Assembly (NCBI GenBank): GCA_963804165.1
Contig: CAWDPO010000033.1
Coordinates: forward strand, 32,001-96,000
Length of the DNA stretch: 64,000 nucleotides
Reading direction: 5' to 3'
Source of the DNA: an uncultured delta proteobacterium
GTDB lineage: Bacteria; Desulfobacterota; Binatia; UBA9968
The translations under genes and the position numbers were made by a program. A model generated the notes under the pieces. That model saw nothing but the letters and a program-made list of their open reading frames with translations. It ran no database searches and was not told the origin of the DNA. Positions 20,643 through 31,865 of the stretch are shown here, in pieces; position 1 is the stretch's first letter, and every line of letters starts with the position of its first letter.

Positions 20643-21770
20643 GTGAAGCGATCGGGTCAATTCATTATCATTACATTGGTGCTCGGACTCATCGGAGTTG
20701 CCAATGCCGCCGAATCCCAACCCAATTGGCAACGCGAATGGGAGAAGGTCCTCGAAGGCGCGAAGCGGGAAGGCGAGGTGCGACTCTGGGGTGAACAAGA
20801 AATCACGCATCTCGACATCATTGCGGCATTTACCAAAGAATTTCCTTTCATCAAAGCCGTCAGCGTAAGCGGGCGGGTTGGGGATTTGATGCCGCGCATC
20901 GTCGCCGAGCGGCGTGCCGCGAAATTTCTGGCCGACATTTACAGCGGCGGTTTGGGCGGACGATCGTTTTTTGATTTCCACAAAGCCGGCGTGCTCGATC
21001 CACTCAAGCCGGTGTTGCTTCTTCCCGAAGTCGTCGACGGCTCGAAGTGGCTGAACGGCGAGCATTACTATGCCGACGGAGAAAAGCAGTTTGTCTTTAT
21101 GTATGAGGGCAGCGTCGCTGGCGTTGGACTGCACTACAACACGGGTCTCGTCGATCCCAAGGAATTCAAGTCCTACTGGGATCTGCTCAATCCAAAGTGG
21201 AAGGGCAAGCTTCTGCTCTTCGAACGACCCGGGGTGGGCTCGCCGAGTGTGATTCGCTACTTTTACAACACGCAGCTGGGGCCGGATTTCGTCAAGCGCT
21301 TATTCAGCGAGATGGAGGTTACGGTTTCGCAGGACCGACGCCAATCGAGCGACTGGTTGGCGTCAGGTAAATTTTCCATCTGCATCGACTGCGGCGACAC
21401 CGACCGGGCAAAGCAGCAAGGATTGCCCGTCGATGAATTTCCCCATGCGAACCTCAAAGAAGCGAGCTATGAAATCAGCACAAGCGGCAACAGCGGTTTG
21501 GCGCTCATCAACAATCCGCCGAATCCCAATGCGGCGCGGGCATTTATCAACTGGTTTCTTTCGCGCAACGGCCAGACGGTGTGGCAGAGCGTCATGAACA
21601 CCAAGGTGCAGGAGCCTTCCGATTCCATGCGCGTCGATATTCCCAAGGACAAAGTTGGCGCGCCGGCAAAGCGCGAAGAGGGCAAGAAATATCGCGTCAG
21701 CGGATTTCTCGATCCCGATCCGCCGACGAAATTGTTTAGAGAACTAGTGAGTAAAGAGAAGCGCAAATGA
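20643..21770 (+). CDS. Extracellular solute-binding protein (paralog 2)
   Basis: Signal peptide ending ANAAE, family scaffold motifs, CIDC motif. Confidence 0.85.
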   Translation: MKRSGQFIIITLVLGLIGVANAAESQPNWQREWEKVLEGAKREGEVRLWGEQEITHLDIIAAFTKEFPFIKAVSVSGRVGDLMPRIVAERRAAKFLADIYSGGLGGRSFFDFHKAGVLDPLKPVLLLPEVVDGSKWLNGEHYYADGEKQFVFMYEGSVAGVGLHYNTGLVDPKEFKSYWDLLNPKWKGKLLLFERPGVGSPSVIRYFYNTQLGPDFVKRLFSEMEVTVSQDRRQSSDWLASGKFSICIDCGDTDRAKQQGLPVDEFPHANLKEASYEISTSGNSGLALINNPPNPNAARAFINWFLSRNGQTVWQSVMNTKVQEPSDSMRVDIPKDKVGAPAKREEGKKYRVSGFLDPDPPTKLFRELVSKEKRK

Positions 21771-21805
21771 CCCCAACAAAGTATTGCACTGTGGCAGTGT
21801 AGAGA

Positions 21806-21890
21806 TGTCATTCCGGCGGAATCCAGATCCCCATCCCCGCCTGGATTCCGGGTCGCCCCCGGCCTTCGCCGGGGTTGCCCGGAATGACGG
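21806..21890. repeat. CGTC/TGTC-type REP-like palindrome
   Basis: TGTCATTCCGG...GGAATCCAG...CTGGATTCCGG...CCGGAATGACG. Confidence 0.7.
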
Positions 21891-21939
21891 CTAATCATGT
21901 AACGATTGAATAGACGAGCAGACCTTTTGGGAGTCAGTA

Positions 21940-22894
21940 ATGGCAGCGACGACTAACTACGAACCCATCGAGATCAACGCATACTTCCGTTCACATACAC
22001 ACCTGCCGCTTTGGGAGATACTCGACAAGGCTGGTTTCTGGAAACAGGTCGCGATCAAGGTCAATTTTACGTACTGCGATAGTTCTTCCGAGGCAGAGGC
22101 GGGATTGTTTAGCGGGAAAATCGATTTGATTTCCGGTAACCATATTTCGCCTTACGCGCTCGTCGCGCGCGGCAAGCCGATCGTCTCGTTGGCTTCGCCG
22201 ACCAACGGTGTGACCGATCGCGTGGTGTCACGCGAGCCGATCAAGTCGCTGGCGGAAATCCGCGGCAAGCGCGTCGTCGACACGACGATTCTCGATAACG
22301 GTGGCGGCTATAATCACATCCGCGGCAACCATATGCTTTATATACTGGAAGCCGGATTAGAGCTTAGCGACGTCAAATGGATCGAGATCACCGACAAAAT
22401 GTCGAGCGAGTTTCGCGCCGCGCAATACGAAGCGATGAAAGCCGGCGAGGGTGATGTGACCTTGGTGACCGGAGATACAAAAAGATATGAGCAGGCTGGT
22501 TTTCACGTTCTACAATTACCGCGACTGCCGATGATCAACGGGCCGACGCTCACAACTACCGTTACGGCGCTCAATAAGTACGATCGATTTGGCGAGCGGC
22601 TGGTGCTCGCGCAAGTGCTCGGCATTCACTTCGCGCGCACGCGTAGGGAAGAGACTGAAAAAATTCTCGAAGGATTGAAGAAACGCGAGCCCGAAGCGCG
22701 CGGCGTGTCGTACAACAGCGTGGCCAAGCTGGCGATAAAACCGTACCCGGATCATTCAAGCGGTCGCCAACGCGTATCGGCTCTGCTGCATGAAGGCGCC
22801 GGAAGCGAATGAAATGAGTCCGCTGGCGATGTGGGATTTGCATTACTTGCGCCAACTGGATCATTCCGGGTTTATCGATCGATTGTATGAGTGA
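21940..22894 (+). CDS. Signal-less NMT1/SsuA-fold protein (frameshift near 22756)
   Basis: No signal peptide. Motifs RSHTHLP, SGNHISPY and HIRGNH. The shifted frame continues QAVANAYRLC...SGFIDRLYE* (stop 22892-22894), matching paralog 35378. Confidence 0.75.
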
Positions 22895-22950
22895 AGTGAA
22901 CGAGAATACATGCACATGCGCACTAATTGAGACTCGTGTTTCCGAGCTTC

Positions 22951-23050
22951 TTCCCCCTCGACGGGGGAAGAATGAGATGGGGGTGAGTCTGAAAATCAAG
23001 ACTATCCCTTCCTTGTTCCTTCGATATTAGCTCTCCCAGTCGAGGGGGAG
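22951..23050. repeat. Purine/pyrimidine REP-like hairpin pair (CCCCTCGACGGGGGAAG type)
   Basis: CTTCCCCCTCGACGGGGGAAG and CTCTCCCAGTCGAGGGGGAG. Relatives lie at 35237-35337, 45351-45434 and 50745-50795. Confidence 0.6.
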
Positions 23051-23051
23051 G

Positions 23052-24192
23052 ATGGGGAAAAGGGAAACTGTTCACGGGAATTTCAGGCTTCCTTCTGGTT
23101 GCCTTTTGGGTTGCGACGGCCAACGCCGCGGAATCCAAACCCAATTGGCAAACCGAATGGGAGCGGACGGTTAAGGCGGCCGAGGAGGAAGGGCAGTTGA
23201 CGGTCTATGTCTCGGGCTACGGCGCGTTGATCGATTCCGGGATCTTCCAGAAGGCCTACCCGAAAATCAAAGTGACCAGTGTCACGGGCTCCGGCACTCA
23301 GCTCGCGCCGCGCATCGTCGCCGAGCGGCGCGGCGAAAAGTATCTTGCCGATGTTTACAGCGGTGGCGGCACTTCGCTCTATCAGAATCTTTACCTCGGC
23401 AAGATGCTCGATCCGATCAAGTCGGCGCTGATCTTGCCCGAAGTCGTCGATCCGTCGAAGTGGTGGGAGGGCAAACAAAAATACGTCGACCGCGAGGGGC
23501 GCTATATTTTTGTTTTCGAAGGCAACGTGGCGGCCGGTGCGAGTCCGGCGTACAACACCAATCTGATCAATCCCAAGGACTACAAGTCGCTATGGGACTT
23601 TTTGAATCCCAAGTTGAAAGGCAAGATCGTTTCCCCTGACATTCGCAAAGTGCGCGGTTCCGGTTTATCGGTGCAGTATCTTTACTATCACAAGGACCTT
23701 GGACCTGAGTTCATTCGGCGTTTTTACGGAGAAATGGACGTGACTTTGACCGCCGACGTGCGCCAGGCGGTGGATTGGCTCGCGGTGGGCAAGTTTGCGC
23801 TGTCGATGCCGACGCAGAGTTCTTACACCGCCAAAGCCAAGGCGCAGGGATTACCGGTGGACGAATTCGATCCGCATCATATGAAAGAGGGCGCCAGCCT
23901 CGCCGTGGCGTTCGGCCAACTCGCGCTCATGAACCGCGCGCCTCATCCCAACGCGGCCAAGGTGTTTGTCAATTGGTTGCTTTCGCGCGAAGGGCAAAGC
24001 GCCTTCCAACGCGTCATCAGCACACCGGGAGACGCGAAAAATTCGCGGCGTATCGACGTGCCGAAGGATCACATTCCGACGTCCGAACGGCGCGGCGAAG
24101 GCGTCAAGTATTTTGACGCTGACGACCCGGATACCAAGGATATTACGCCGGCGATGAAATTAATGGACGAAATCTTTGCCGGGAAGAAGTGA
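23052..24192 (+). CDS. Extracellular solute-binding protein (paralog 3; indel near the start)
   Basis: ATG 23052 after GGAGG is one base out of frame with the signal peptide KLFTGISGFLLVAFWVATANAAE. Very similar to paralog 1. Confidence 0.82.
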
Positions 24193-25346
24193 CGGCTATG
24201 AGTCGAGGATTTATGAATCTTCTTACGCGAGCCTTCAGCCTTCTCGTCGTTACCTTCTGGACTAGCGCGTCTTACGCCGCCGAAGCCAAACCCAATTGGC
24301 AAGCCGAATGGGAGCGGACGGTGCAGGCGGCGAAAAAGGAAGGCTCGCTGTCGCTCTATCTTTTCCAGGGCGAGGGCGAGCTTAGCGCTGTGGCGCAGCT
24401 GTTCCAGAAAAAGTATCCCGAGATCAACGTGGCGGTGACCCCGGGGCGGGGTAACACGTTTGCGCCCAAGATCATGGCAGAGCGGCGCGCAGGCAAGTAT
24501 CTCGTCGATGCTTATATCGCCGGGGCGACGACTGCCTATGAAGTTCTTTATCGCGCGAAAATCTTGGACAGTGTGCGCGCGACGCTGATCCTGCCCGAGG
24601 TCATCGATGAGTCCAAATGGTGGCTCGGGCAGCATCACTACATCGATCCCGAGAGTCGATATATCTTCGTCTATTTGGGCAACGTCGGCGAGTATGTGTC
24701 CTACCATACCAAGTCACTGGACGCGGGTGAGATTCGTTCCTATTGGGATTTTCTCCAGCCTAAGTGGAAAGGAAAAATTCTCTCACGTGATCCGAAGATT
24801 TCCGGCAGCCAGCGCATTGGTCTTCGAGGATTTTATCATACACCGGAGCTGGGCGCCGAGTTCATTCGCCGTCTTTACGGCGAGATGGATGTGACGCTGA
24901 CTCAAGAAATCCGTCAAGCAACCGATTGGCTAGCGCACGGGAAATTCGCCATCTGCTTTTTTTGCTCTGAGATTCTGAAAGTCAAGGCACAAGGGCTTCC
25001 CGTGGATGAATTTCGCACGGCGCAATGGAAAGAGAGCCGGGTGATTTCCGCGGGCAACATGGGTTCTATAGCTCTGCCGAGCCAGCCGCCTCACCCGAAC
25101 GCCGCGCGCGTATTCGTCAATTGGTTGCTCTCACGCGAAGGCCAAATGGCGCTCCAGCGCACGACCAATACGCCGTACAATTCCGAGGAATCGCTGCGCA
25201 CCGATGTCCCCAAGGACGTGGTGCGGAGCGAAGTACGCCGCATCGACGGCGTGAAGTATTTGCTGGTGGATAAGCCGGAATATATCGACATGGCGCCGAT
25301 CTATGACATCGTCGAAAAAGCATTGGTGCAGGCGAAAAAGAAGTAG
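24189..25346 (+). CDS. Extracellular solute-binding protein (paralog 4)
   Basis: Signal peptide, family scaffold motifs, CFFC motif. Confidence 0.85.
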   Translation: MTAMSRGFMNLLTRAFSLLVVTFWTSASYAAEAKPNWQAEWERTVQAAKKEGSLSLYLFQGEGELSAVAQLFQKKYPEINVAVTPGRGNTFAPKIMAERRAGKYLVDAYIAGATTAYEVLYRAKILDSVRATLILPEVIDESKWWLGQHHYIDPESRYIFVYLGNVGEYVSYHTKSLDAGEIRSYWDFLQPKWKGKILSRDPKISGSQRIGLRGFYHTPELGAEFIRRLYGEMDVTLTQEIRQATDWLAHGKFAICFFCSEILKVKAQGLPVDEFRTAQWKESRVISAGNMGSIALPSQPPHPNAARVFVNWLLSREGQMALQRTTNTPYNSEESLRTDVPKDVVRSEVRRIDGVKYLLVDKPEYIDMAPIYDIVEKALVQAKKK

Positions 25347-25402
25347 GGGCAACCCCCTGTGGTTGCCTCTTTCGGAGGGCAGGCACAGGGGCCTGCCCCT
25401 AC
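25343..25402. repeat. GTAG-type REP doublet
   Basis: GTAGGGGCAACCCCCTGTGGTTGCC ... GGGCAGGCACAGGGGCCTGCCCCTAC, inverted. Confidence 0.8.
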
Positions 25403-25455
25403 AAGAAACACGATGGATGATAAATTGGCGCTAACGAAACCTGACGGAGTCAAAC

Positions 25456-26583
25456 GTGGGTAGATCGACGGCGAATTTTTGGGACAACAAGACGGCCTAT
25501 GAATACTGGATCGAATCGACCGGCGCGCCGATTCATCGCGGTTATTACATCGAAGACTGCCGCACGTTGGAGCTTGGCTATTGGGCGGAGCGTGAGTGCG
25601 ACGCGGCGTTTATTCAGCTCGTCGGTCAGGAAGGTGTGACCGGCGCTTACGTCACGGAGATTCCACCGGGAAAGACCTTGCCGTCGTTTCGCGTCGCGGT
25701 GGACGAGGTTGTTTACGTCTTAAAAGGCCGTGGCGTGGCGAGCATCTGGGCCGGCGAGCGCGCCAAGAAGATCTTTGAATGGCAAAGCCACGCGATGTTT
25801 TTGATTCCGGGCAACTACCATTGCCAGTTGAGCAACATGCAAGGCGACCAATCGGTGAAGCTGTTGCATTGCAGCTACTTGCCGCTGGCGATGTCGGTGC
25901 TGCCCGATCCGGACTATTTCTTCAACAATCCGCTGGTCGATTACAATTTGCTTTACGGGCAAGGATCGCGCGAGGTTTACTCCGAAGCTAAAGTCGTGAC
26001 GCTGAACGAGCCCGGCACCGCGCGTGACGGGCGAAACATCTGGTTCGGCAATTTCTTTGCCGATATGAGGGCGTGGGACCGGCTCGATCATTTCGAGCGG
26101 CGCGGCGCCGGCGGCCACGTCGTGTGGGTGGGATTTCCCAGCTCGCCGATCTCTGCCCATATGTCGGTCTTTCCCGCGCGCACCTACAAGAAAGCCCATC
26201 GCCATGGCCCCGGCTATCTGATCGTTATCCCCGCCGGTGAGGGCTACTCGATCATGTGGCCGGAGGGCGGCGAGAAAATTATCATCCCGTGGCACGAAGC
26301 GAGTTTGTTCGTGCCGCCCAATCGTTGGTTTCATCAGCACTTCAACATCGGCGGCGCGCCGGCGCGTTATCTGGCGATTCATCCGCCGCGGGGGCTCAAC
26401 GGCATTAGCGAGAAAGTCGAAGACCGCGCGCGCGATCAGATCGAGTATACCGACGAGGACCCGATGATTCGCGAGAAATTCGAGTCCGAGCTGTCGCGCA
26501 AAGGATTGGAATCGGTGATGCCGGATGAGGCGTACCGAAATCGTGACTACGAGTGGAGCTACACGCAGAAAAAAGCGAGCTAA
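25456..26583 (+). CDS. Bicupin protein
   Basis: C-terminal KAHRHGPG...WFHQHFN. The N-terminal cupin site is degenerate (SFRVAVDE). Confidence 0.78.
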   Translation: MGRSTANFWDNKTAYEYWIESTGAPIHRGYYIEDCRTLELGYWAERECDAAFIQLVGQEGVTGAYVTEIPPGKTLPSFRVAVDEVVYVLKGRGVASIWAGERAKKIFEWQSHAMFLIPGNYHCQLSNMQGDQSVKLLHCSYLPLAMSVLPDPDYFFNNPLVDYNLLYGQGSREVYSEAKVVTLNEPGTARDGRNIWFGNFFADMRAWDRLDHFERRGAGGHVVWVGFPSSPISAHMSVFPARTYKKAHRHGPGYLIVIPAGEGYSIMWPEGGEKIIIPWHEASLFVPPNRWFHQHFNIGGAPARYLAIHPPRGLNGISEKVEDRARDQIEYTDEDPMIREKFESELSRKGLESVMPDEAYRNRDYEWSYTQKKAS

Positions 26584-26595
26584 GGTGAGCGAAAG

Positions 26596-27753
26596 ATGAT
26601 TTGCCTAGACTGGAAAACGCGAATGACAGTTACGATAGCTTGGGTTGCTGGTTTTGTGGCGATCGCCGCAATCGGCACTTGTCCGCGCGCCACACATGCC
26701 GCCGACGCTAAACCGGCGTGGCAAGGCGAATGGGAAAAAGTTTTAGCCGCTGCGAAGAAGGAAGGCCAAGTCGCCGTTTATATTAGCGGCTACGAGGAAG
26801 TGCTGCCGGATTTTCAAAAGGAGTATCCGGAAATCAAGGTCAACGCTGTAACCGGCCGCGGCTCCCAGGTCGGCCAGCGTTTGCTCGCCGAGCGGCGCGC
26901 GGAGAAATTCATCGCCGACGTGGTCAGCGCGGGCGGCGTGACGACGTTTCAACAGTTACATCCCGCCAAGGTATTCGACCCGATCAAGCCGGCATTGATT
27001 CTTCCCGAAATCACCGACCCCGCCAAGTGGTTTGAGAGTAGGCATCACTATGCCGACCCGGAGAAGCAATACATTTTCAGTTACGTCGGTACCGCGACTT
27101 ATGGCTCGGTGAGCTACAACACTAAGTTGGTCGACGTGAAAGACTTCAAATCTTATTGGGACCTGCTCAATCCCAAGTGGAAAGGGAAAATAATTTCTCG
27201 GGATGTTCGAGTGCCGGGCCCCGGTTCGGGTAACGCGCGCTTGTTCTACTACCTGTCGGATGTCGGGCCATCGTTTATTCGCAAGCTCTACGGCGAAATG
27301 GACACAACTTTGTTTCGCGACTACCGCCAGGGAAGTGACTGGCTTGCGGTTGGCAAGGCGGCGATCTGCTTTTTTTGCGAAGTCGATGTGTCCAAGCAGC
27401 AGGGCCTGCCAGTGGACACCTTTGGCCCAGGAGTGTTTAAGGAAGGCGCCGGCCTAGTGCAGCAATTCGGTACCCTCGGGCTAGTAAACCGCGCGCCCCA
27501 TCCCAACGCTGCGAAAGTTTTTATCAACTGGTTGTTGTCGCGCAAAGGCCAGATCGCCCTGCAAAAAAATATGCTCAAAACCGAGAATCCCACCGATTCG
27601 CTGCGTATCGACGTTCCTAAAGACGAGATACCGACTTTGCAACGCCGCTTCGAGGGTGTGAAATACCTCGACACCAGTAGGCCAGAGTGGCAGGAGATGA
27701 AACCGATTTTAGATGTCATGAACGAAGCGCTCAAGGCGGCGGGGAAGAATTAA
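26596..27753 (+). CDS. Extracellular solute-binding protein (paralog 5)
   Basis: Signal peptide, family scaffold motifs, CFFC motif. Confidence 0.85.
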   Translation: MICLDWKTRMTVTIAWVAGFVAIAAIGTCPRATHAADAKPAWQGEWEKVLAAAKKEGQVAVYISGYEEVLPDFQKEYPEIKVNAVTGRGSQVGQRLLAERRAEKFIADVVSAGGVTTFQQLHPAKVFDPIKPALILPEITDPAKWFESRHHYADPEKQYIFSYVGTATYGSVSYNTKLVDVKDFKSYWDLLNPKWKGKIISRDVRVPGPGSGNARLFYYLSDVGPSFIRKLYGEMDTTLFRDYRQGSDWLAVGKAAICFFCEVDVSKQQGLPVDTFGPGVFKEGAGLVQQFGTLGLVNRAPHPNAAKVFINWLLSRKGQIALQKNMLKTENPTDSLRIDVPKDEIPTLQRRFEGVKYLDTSRPEWQEMKPILDVMNEALKAAGKN

Positions 27754-27874
27754 ATGGCGTGCTCGTCTCTCGTGCTCGTGATCGGATGAGGACGGAGGCG
27801 GGACAAAGGCCGGATGCACAGAGGGCCGATCTTCGGCGGGCGCGCTAGGCTATCCAACTTAACAAAAGACTAAA

Positions 27875-29017
27875 ATGAAGTTTAAATGTCGGTCCCCGCT
27901 GTTGGAACAGCTTTTCTTTGCCGCGGGGATAATTCTTTTGTGCGCCGGTCATCCAACCACTGCCGCTCAGCTCAAGCCGGTGTGGCAACAGGAATGGGAG
28001 AAAATTCTCGAAGCCGCCAAGAAAGAAGGACAAGTTGTTGTCTACATTAGCGGTTATGAGGCGGTGTTACCATATTTCGAAAAGGAATTTCCCGAGATCA
28101 AAGTTATCGCCGTTACCGGGCGCGGCAATCAGCTCGGGCCGCGCTTGCTGTCGGAGCGGCGCGCGGAAAAATTCATCGCCGACGTTTCCAGTACCGGCGC
28201 CAACCCGAACTATCAACAGTTTTACACCGCCAAAGCACTCGATCCGATCAAGCCGTCGTTGATTTTGCCCGAAGTGACCGATTTATCGAAGTGGTACCAG
28301 AATAAACATCAGTACTCCGACCCCGAAGCGCAATACGTTTTCAATTACGTCGGCTCTGCAACATACGGCGCGATCCACTACAACACCAACCTTGTCGACG
28401 AGAAGGAATTCAAATCCTATTGGGACTTGCTCAATCCAAAGTGGAAAGGCAAGATCGAAGCGCGAGACATCCGAGAAGCTGGACCTGGAGCGGGTAATAC
28501 GCGGTTTTTCTACTATCACACAGAGCTAGGGCCAGCGTTCATTCGCAAGTTGTTCGGCGAGACGGATGCGACCCTCTTTCGCGATTTCCGTCAGGGTCCG
28601 GATTGGCTGGCCGCGGGGAGGTTCGCGATCTGTTTTTTTTGCGACGCAGACACGTTGAAGAAGCAAGGATTGCCCGTGAATGCTTTCGGCCCGCGGGTCT
28701 TTAAGGAAGGCGGCGGATTGGTGCAGCAATTCGGTACCGCCGCGATCGTCAATCGCGCGCCGCACCCGAATGCGGCCAAGGTTTTTATCAATTGGCTCTT
28801 ATCTCGCCGTGGCCAAATCGCGTTGCAAAAAAGCCAGGCCAACGCAGAAAGCCCCGCTGATTCACTGCGCGTCGATGTTCCAAAGGATGAAGTGCCGGTT
28901 CTCAACCGGCGCTTAGACGGGATCAAGTATCTCGATACCGGAAAGCCGGAATGGATCGAGATGAAACCGATCCTCGATGTGGTCAATGAAGCGCTGAAGG
29001 CGGCGGGGAAGAACTAA
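27875..29017 (+). CDS. Extracellular solute-binding protein (paralog 6; tandem duplicate of paralog 5)
   Basis: Near-identical C-terminus to paralog 5 (EMKPILDV.NEALKAAGKN); CFFC motif. Confidence 0.85.
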   Translation: MKFKCRSPLLEQLFFAAGIILLCAGHPTTAAQLKPVWQQEWEKILEAAKKEGQVVVYISGYEAVLPYFEKEFPEIKVIAVTGRGNQLGPRLLSERRAEKFIADVSSTGANPNYQQFYTAKALDPIKPSLILPEVTDLSKWYQNKHQYSDPEAQYVFNYVGSATYGAIHYNTNLVDEKEFKSYWDLLNPKWKGKIEARDIREAGPGAGNTRFFYYHTELGPAFIRKLFGETDATLFRDFRQGPDWLAAGRFAICFFCDADTLKKQGLPVNAFGPRVFKEGGGLVQQFGTAAIVNRAPHPNAAKVFINWLLSRRGQIALQKSQANAESPADSLRVDVPKDEVPVLNRRLDGIKYLDTGKPEWIEMKPILDVVNEALKAAGKN

Positions 29018-29106
29018 AATCGTGTTCGTGACTCGTGCTCGTGAGCGGGTGCGCATGAGTGCGACCAAGCGAAAAGCGCAGCGCTCGCGCGAAACGGAGA
29101 GATAAG

Positions 29107-30542
29107 ATGCCGACAACTTCATCGCTAGTGTACAAAGATCTGCGCGGCTACCTCGATGCGGCCGGCAGACTCGGTGAATTGCGCAAAGTTGACGGCGCGG
29201 ACTGGGATTTGGAGATTGGCGCGATTACCGAAGTGGCGGCGCGGGCGGCTAATCCCAAAGTGGTTTTGTTCGATAACATCAAAGATTACCCCAAAGGATT
29301 TCGCGTCGTGACCAATCCGGTCTGTTCGCCGCCGACGACGGCGTTGGCTTTTGGTCTCGATCCGAAGCTCGCCGGCCTCGATATCATTCGCGCTTGGAAG
29401 GAAAAACTCGGCAGTCAGAAGCCGCTCAAACCGGCGCAGGTTTCGCTGGGCCCGATTACGGAAAATGTCGACAGTGGTGACAAAGTGGATTTGCTCAAAT
29501 TTCCGACGCCGCGTTGGCACGCGGATGATGGCGGTCGCTATATCGGCACGGGCTGCATGGTGATCATGGAAGACCCTGACGAAAAGTGGACGAACGTCGG
29601 CACGTATCGTGTTTGCGTGCATGATAAGAATACACTCGGTATCTGGATTTCTCCCGGCAAACACGGCCGGCTCATTCGTGAAAAATATTGGGCGCAAGGA
29701 AAACCTTGTCCGGTCGTGATCAGCTTCGGTCAGGATCCGATTCTCGCCAAAGTGGCCAGTTGGTACGAAGCCTGGGGCGTGTCGGAGTTGGAAATCGCCG
29801 GTTGGCTGTTCGGCGAGCCGGTCAAAGTTATTCGCGGCGAGCAAACCGGCTTGGCGATTCCCGCAACATCAGAGTTGGCGGTCGAAGGCTTTATTGTGCC
29901 GCCGAGTGAAGACAGCCGCGCGGAAGGGCCATTTGGCGAATGGACTGGCTATTATGCTTCGGGCACTCGCAACGAACCCGTAGTGAAAGTCAAAAACGTT
30001 TTTTATCGAAACGACCCGATCATATTCGGCATGCCGCCTGGTATCTCCGGCAAGTCGGTGCCGCTCAGCGCCGCGAATGTCTGGCTTGCGCTGGAGAAAG
30101 CGGGCGTGACCGACGTGCAAGGCGTGTGGGAGTACTGACGCGCTATATCACGGTTATCTCGATCAAGCAGAAATACGGCGGGCATGTGAAGCGCGCGGCG
30201 ATGGCGATGCTCGGCTCAACTTACGGGTATCACCGGCGCTTCGTCATCATCGTCGACGACGATGTCGATCCTTCGAATATCGATGACGTGCTGTGGGCGC
30301 TGGCGACGCGCTGTGACCCCGCGACGGCGATCAACGTGATCAACGAAGCCTGGAGCACGCCGCTCGACCCGCGCATCACGCCGGACGCGCGCGCGGCGCG
30401 CAACTTTACCAATTCGGTTGCGATCATCAACGCGTGCCAGCCGTACCATTGGAAAGACCAGTACGCTAAGACTTGCTACTTCCCGGAGGAGACGCGCAAG
30501 AAGACGTACGACAAGTGGAAAGATGTACTAAGGTTGGAGTGA
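29107..30542 (+). CDS. UbiD-family decarboxylase (frameshift near 30135)
   Basis: GADWDLEIG, NVGTYRV, EGPFGEWTGYY; continues TRYITVISIKQKYGGH...STPLDP in the frame of 29940. Confidence 0.87.
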
Positions 30543-30587
30543 TGGAGTGATTGGGGAATGGAGTACTGGAGTATTGGAGTGATGGGT
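30536..30587. repeat. Short tandem repeats (GGAGTGAT/GGAGTATT-like)
   Basis: ggagtgatggagtgattggggaatggagtactggagtattggagtgatggg; overlaps the UbiD stop codon. Confidence 0.65.
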
Positions 30588-31752
30588 GATGAAAAACAGA
30601 AAGCTTACACCGTGGAATCGTAGCGTCTGGTTCGTGATCGTGTTCGTGGGCGTGTTGGTGGCTCATCGGCTACCATTGGCTGTTGCGGCCGTGGCGGAGT
30701 CTTGGAAAGCGGATTGGGAACAAACTTTGGCCGCGGCGAGAAAGGAAGGGCAGCTTACGCTTTATGGCAGCCCGGATTTCGAGGGGCTATTCGGCGAGCT
30801 TCACAAGAAGTATCCGGAGATCAAGATCACCGGGGTGTTCAATCGAGGCGCCGATGTGGCGAAGCGTCTGATGGCCGAGCGGCGCGCGGACAAATATCTT
30901 GCCGACTTATACGTCAACGGGATGACGACCGGGTACAATGTTTTTTACAAAGCGAAAGCGCTCGATCCGATTCCACCACAGCTCGTGCTTCCTGAAGTTA
31001 GCGACGCGTCGAAGTGGTGGCGCGGCAAGCTTCATTACGTCGATCCGGAGAACCAGTATCTACTCAACATCAACGGTGAAAATCGGATGGTCGTTGCCTT
31101 CAATACCAAGCTGGTTAACCCCGCCGAAATCAAATCGTACTGGGATCTGCTCAATCCCAAGTGGAAAGGCAAGATCGTTGCCTACGATCCGACGCTTGGT
31201 GGCTCGGGCGACGCCATGCGTTTTTTCTATCACAGCAAGAGTCTAGGGCCGGAGTTCATCAGACGGATTCTCACGGCGACGGATATTGTGATCAGCACCG
31301 ATACGCGCCAGATGGGCGACTGGTTGGCAGGTGGAAAGTTCGCGTTTTCAATATTTGGGCCGGTCTCGCGCATGGACTTGGACTTGATGCAAATCCAGGG
31401 ACTTCCGGTCGGTTGGTTCAGACCCGATCAATTGAAGGAGGGAACGTATATCACCGGCGGATCCGGCGGCGTGGCGCTGATCAATAAAGCGCCGCACCCG
31501 AACGCGGCCAAGATCGGGCTTAACTGGCTGCTTTCGCGCGACGGACAGATTGCCTATCAGAGATTGTTTACCCAGGGCAATGATGGCCCAGATTCGTTGC
31601 GCATCGACATTCCGAAAGACAATGTGCCGCGCGGCAATCGCCGTCCGGAAGGCGATGAGAGTCGCTATCCCTTCGTCGATCGTGCCGAGTGGATGGATCA
31701 GGCGCCGATCAGTAAGTTTGTAAAGGAAGTGCTGGAGCAGCGGAAAAAATAA
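30586..31752 (+). CDS. Extracellular solute-binding protein (paralog 7)
   Basis: Signal peptide and family scaffold motifs. Confidence 0.85.
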   Translation: MMKNRKLTPWNRSVWFVIVFVGVLVAHRLPLAVAAVAESWKADWEQTLAAARKEGQLTLYGSPDFEGLFGELHKKYPEIKITGVFNRGADVAKRLMAERRADKYLADLYVNGMTTGYNVFYKAKALDPIPPQLVLPEVSDASKWWRGKLHYVDPENQYLLNINGENRMVVAFNTKLVNPAEIKSYWDLLNPKWKGKIVAYDPTLGGSGDAMRFFYHSKSLGPEFIRRILTATDIVISTDTRQMGDWLAGGKFAFSIFGPVSRMDLDLMQIQGLPVGWFRPDQLKEGTYITGGSGGVALINKAPHPNAAKIGLNWLLSRDGQIAYQRLFTQGNDGPDSLRIDIPKDNVPRGNRRPEGDESRYPFVDRAEWMDQAPISKFVKEVLEQRKK

Positions 31753-31865
31753 TTTTAGATTTTCGATTTTGGATTGGAGCAACAAAACATGAATGTGCAA
31801 TTTCAGGTTCGATGGCTGGATTCTATTTCCCGCAATCGAAAATCGAGAATCCAAAATCTAAAATC
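31753..31865. repeat. Inverted heptamer arrays (TTTTAGA/TTTTCGA ... AAAATCG/AAAATCT)
   Basis: ttttagattttcgattttggatt ... aatcgaaaatcgagaatccaaaatctaaaatc. Confidence 0.7.

Noticed and set aside
30136-30138. TGA in UbiD as a second selenocysteine
   Set aside because: The homologous sequence continues in a different frame (TRYITVISIKQ), so this is a one-base indel and not in-frame read-through.
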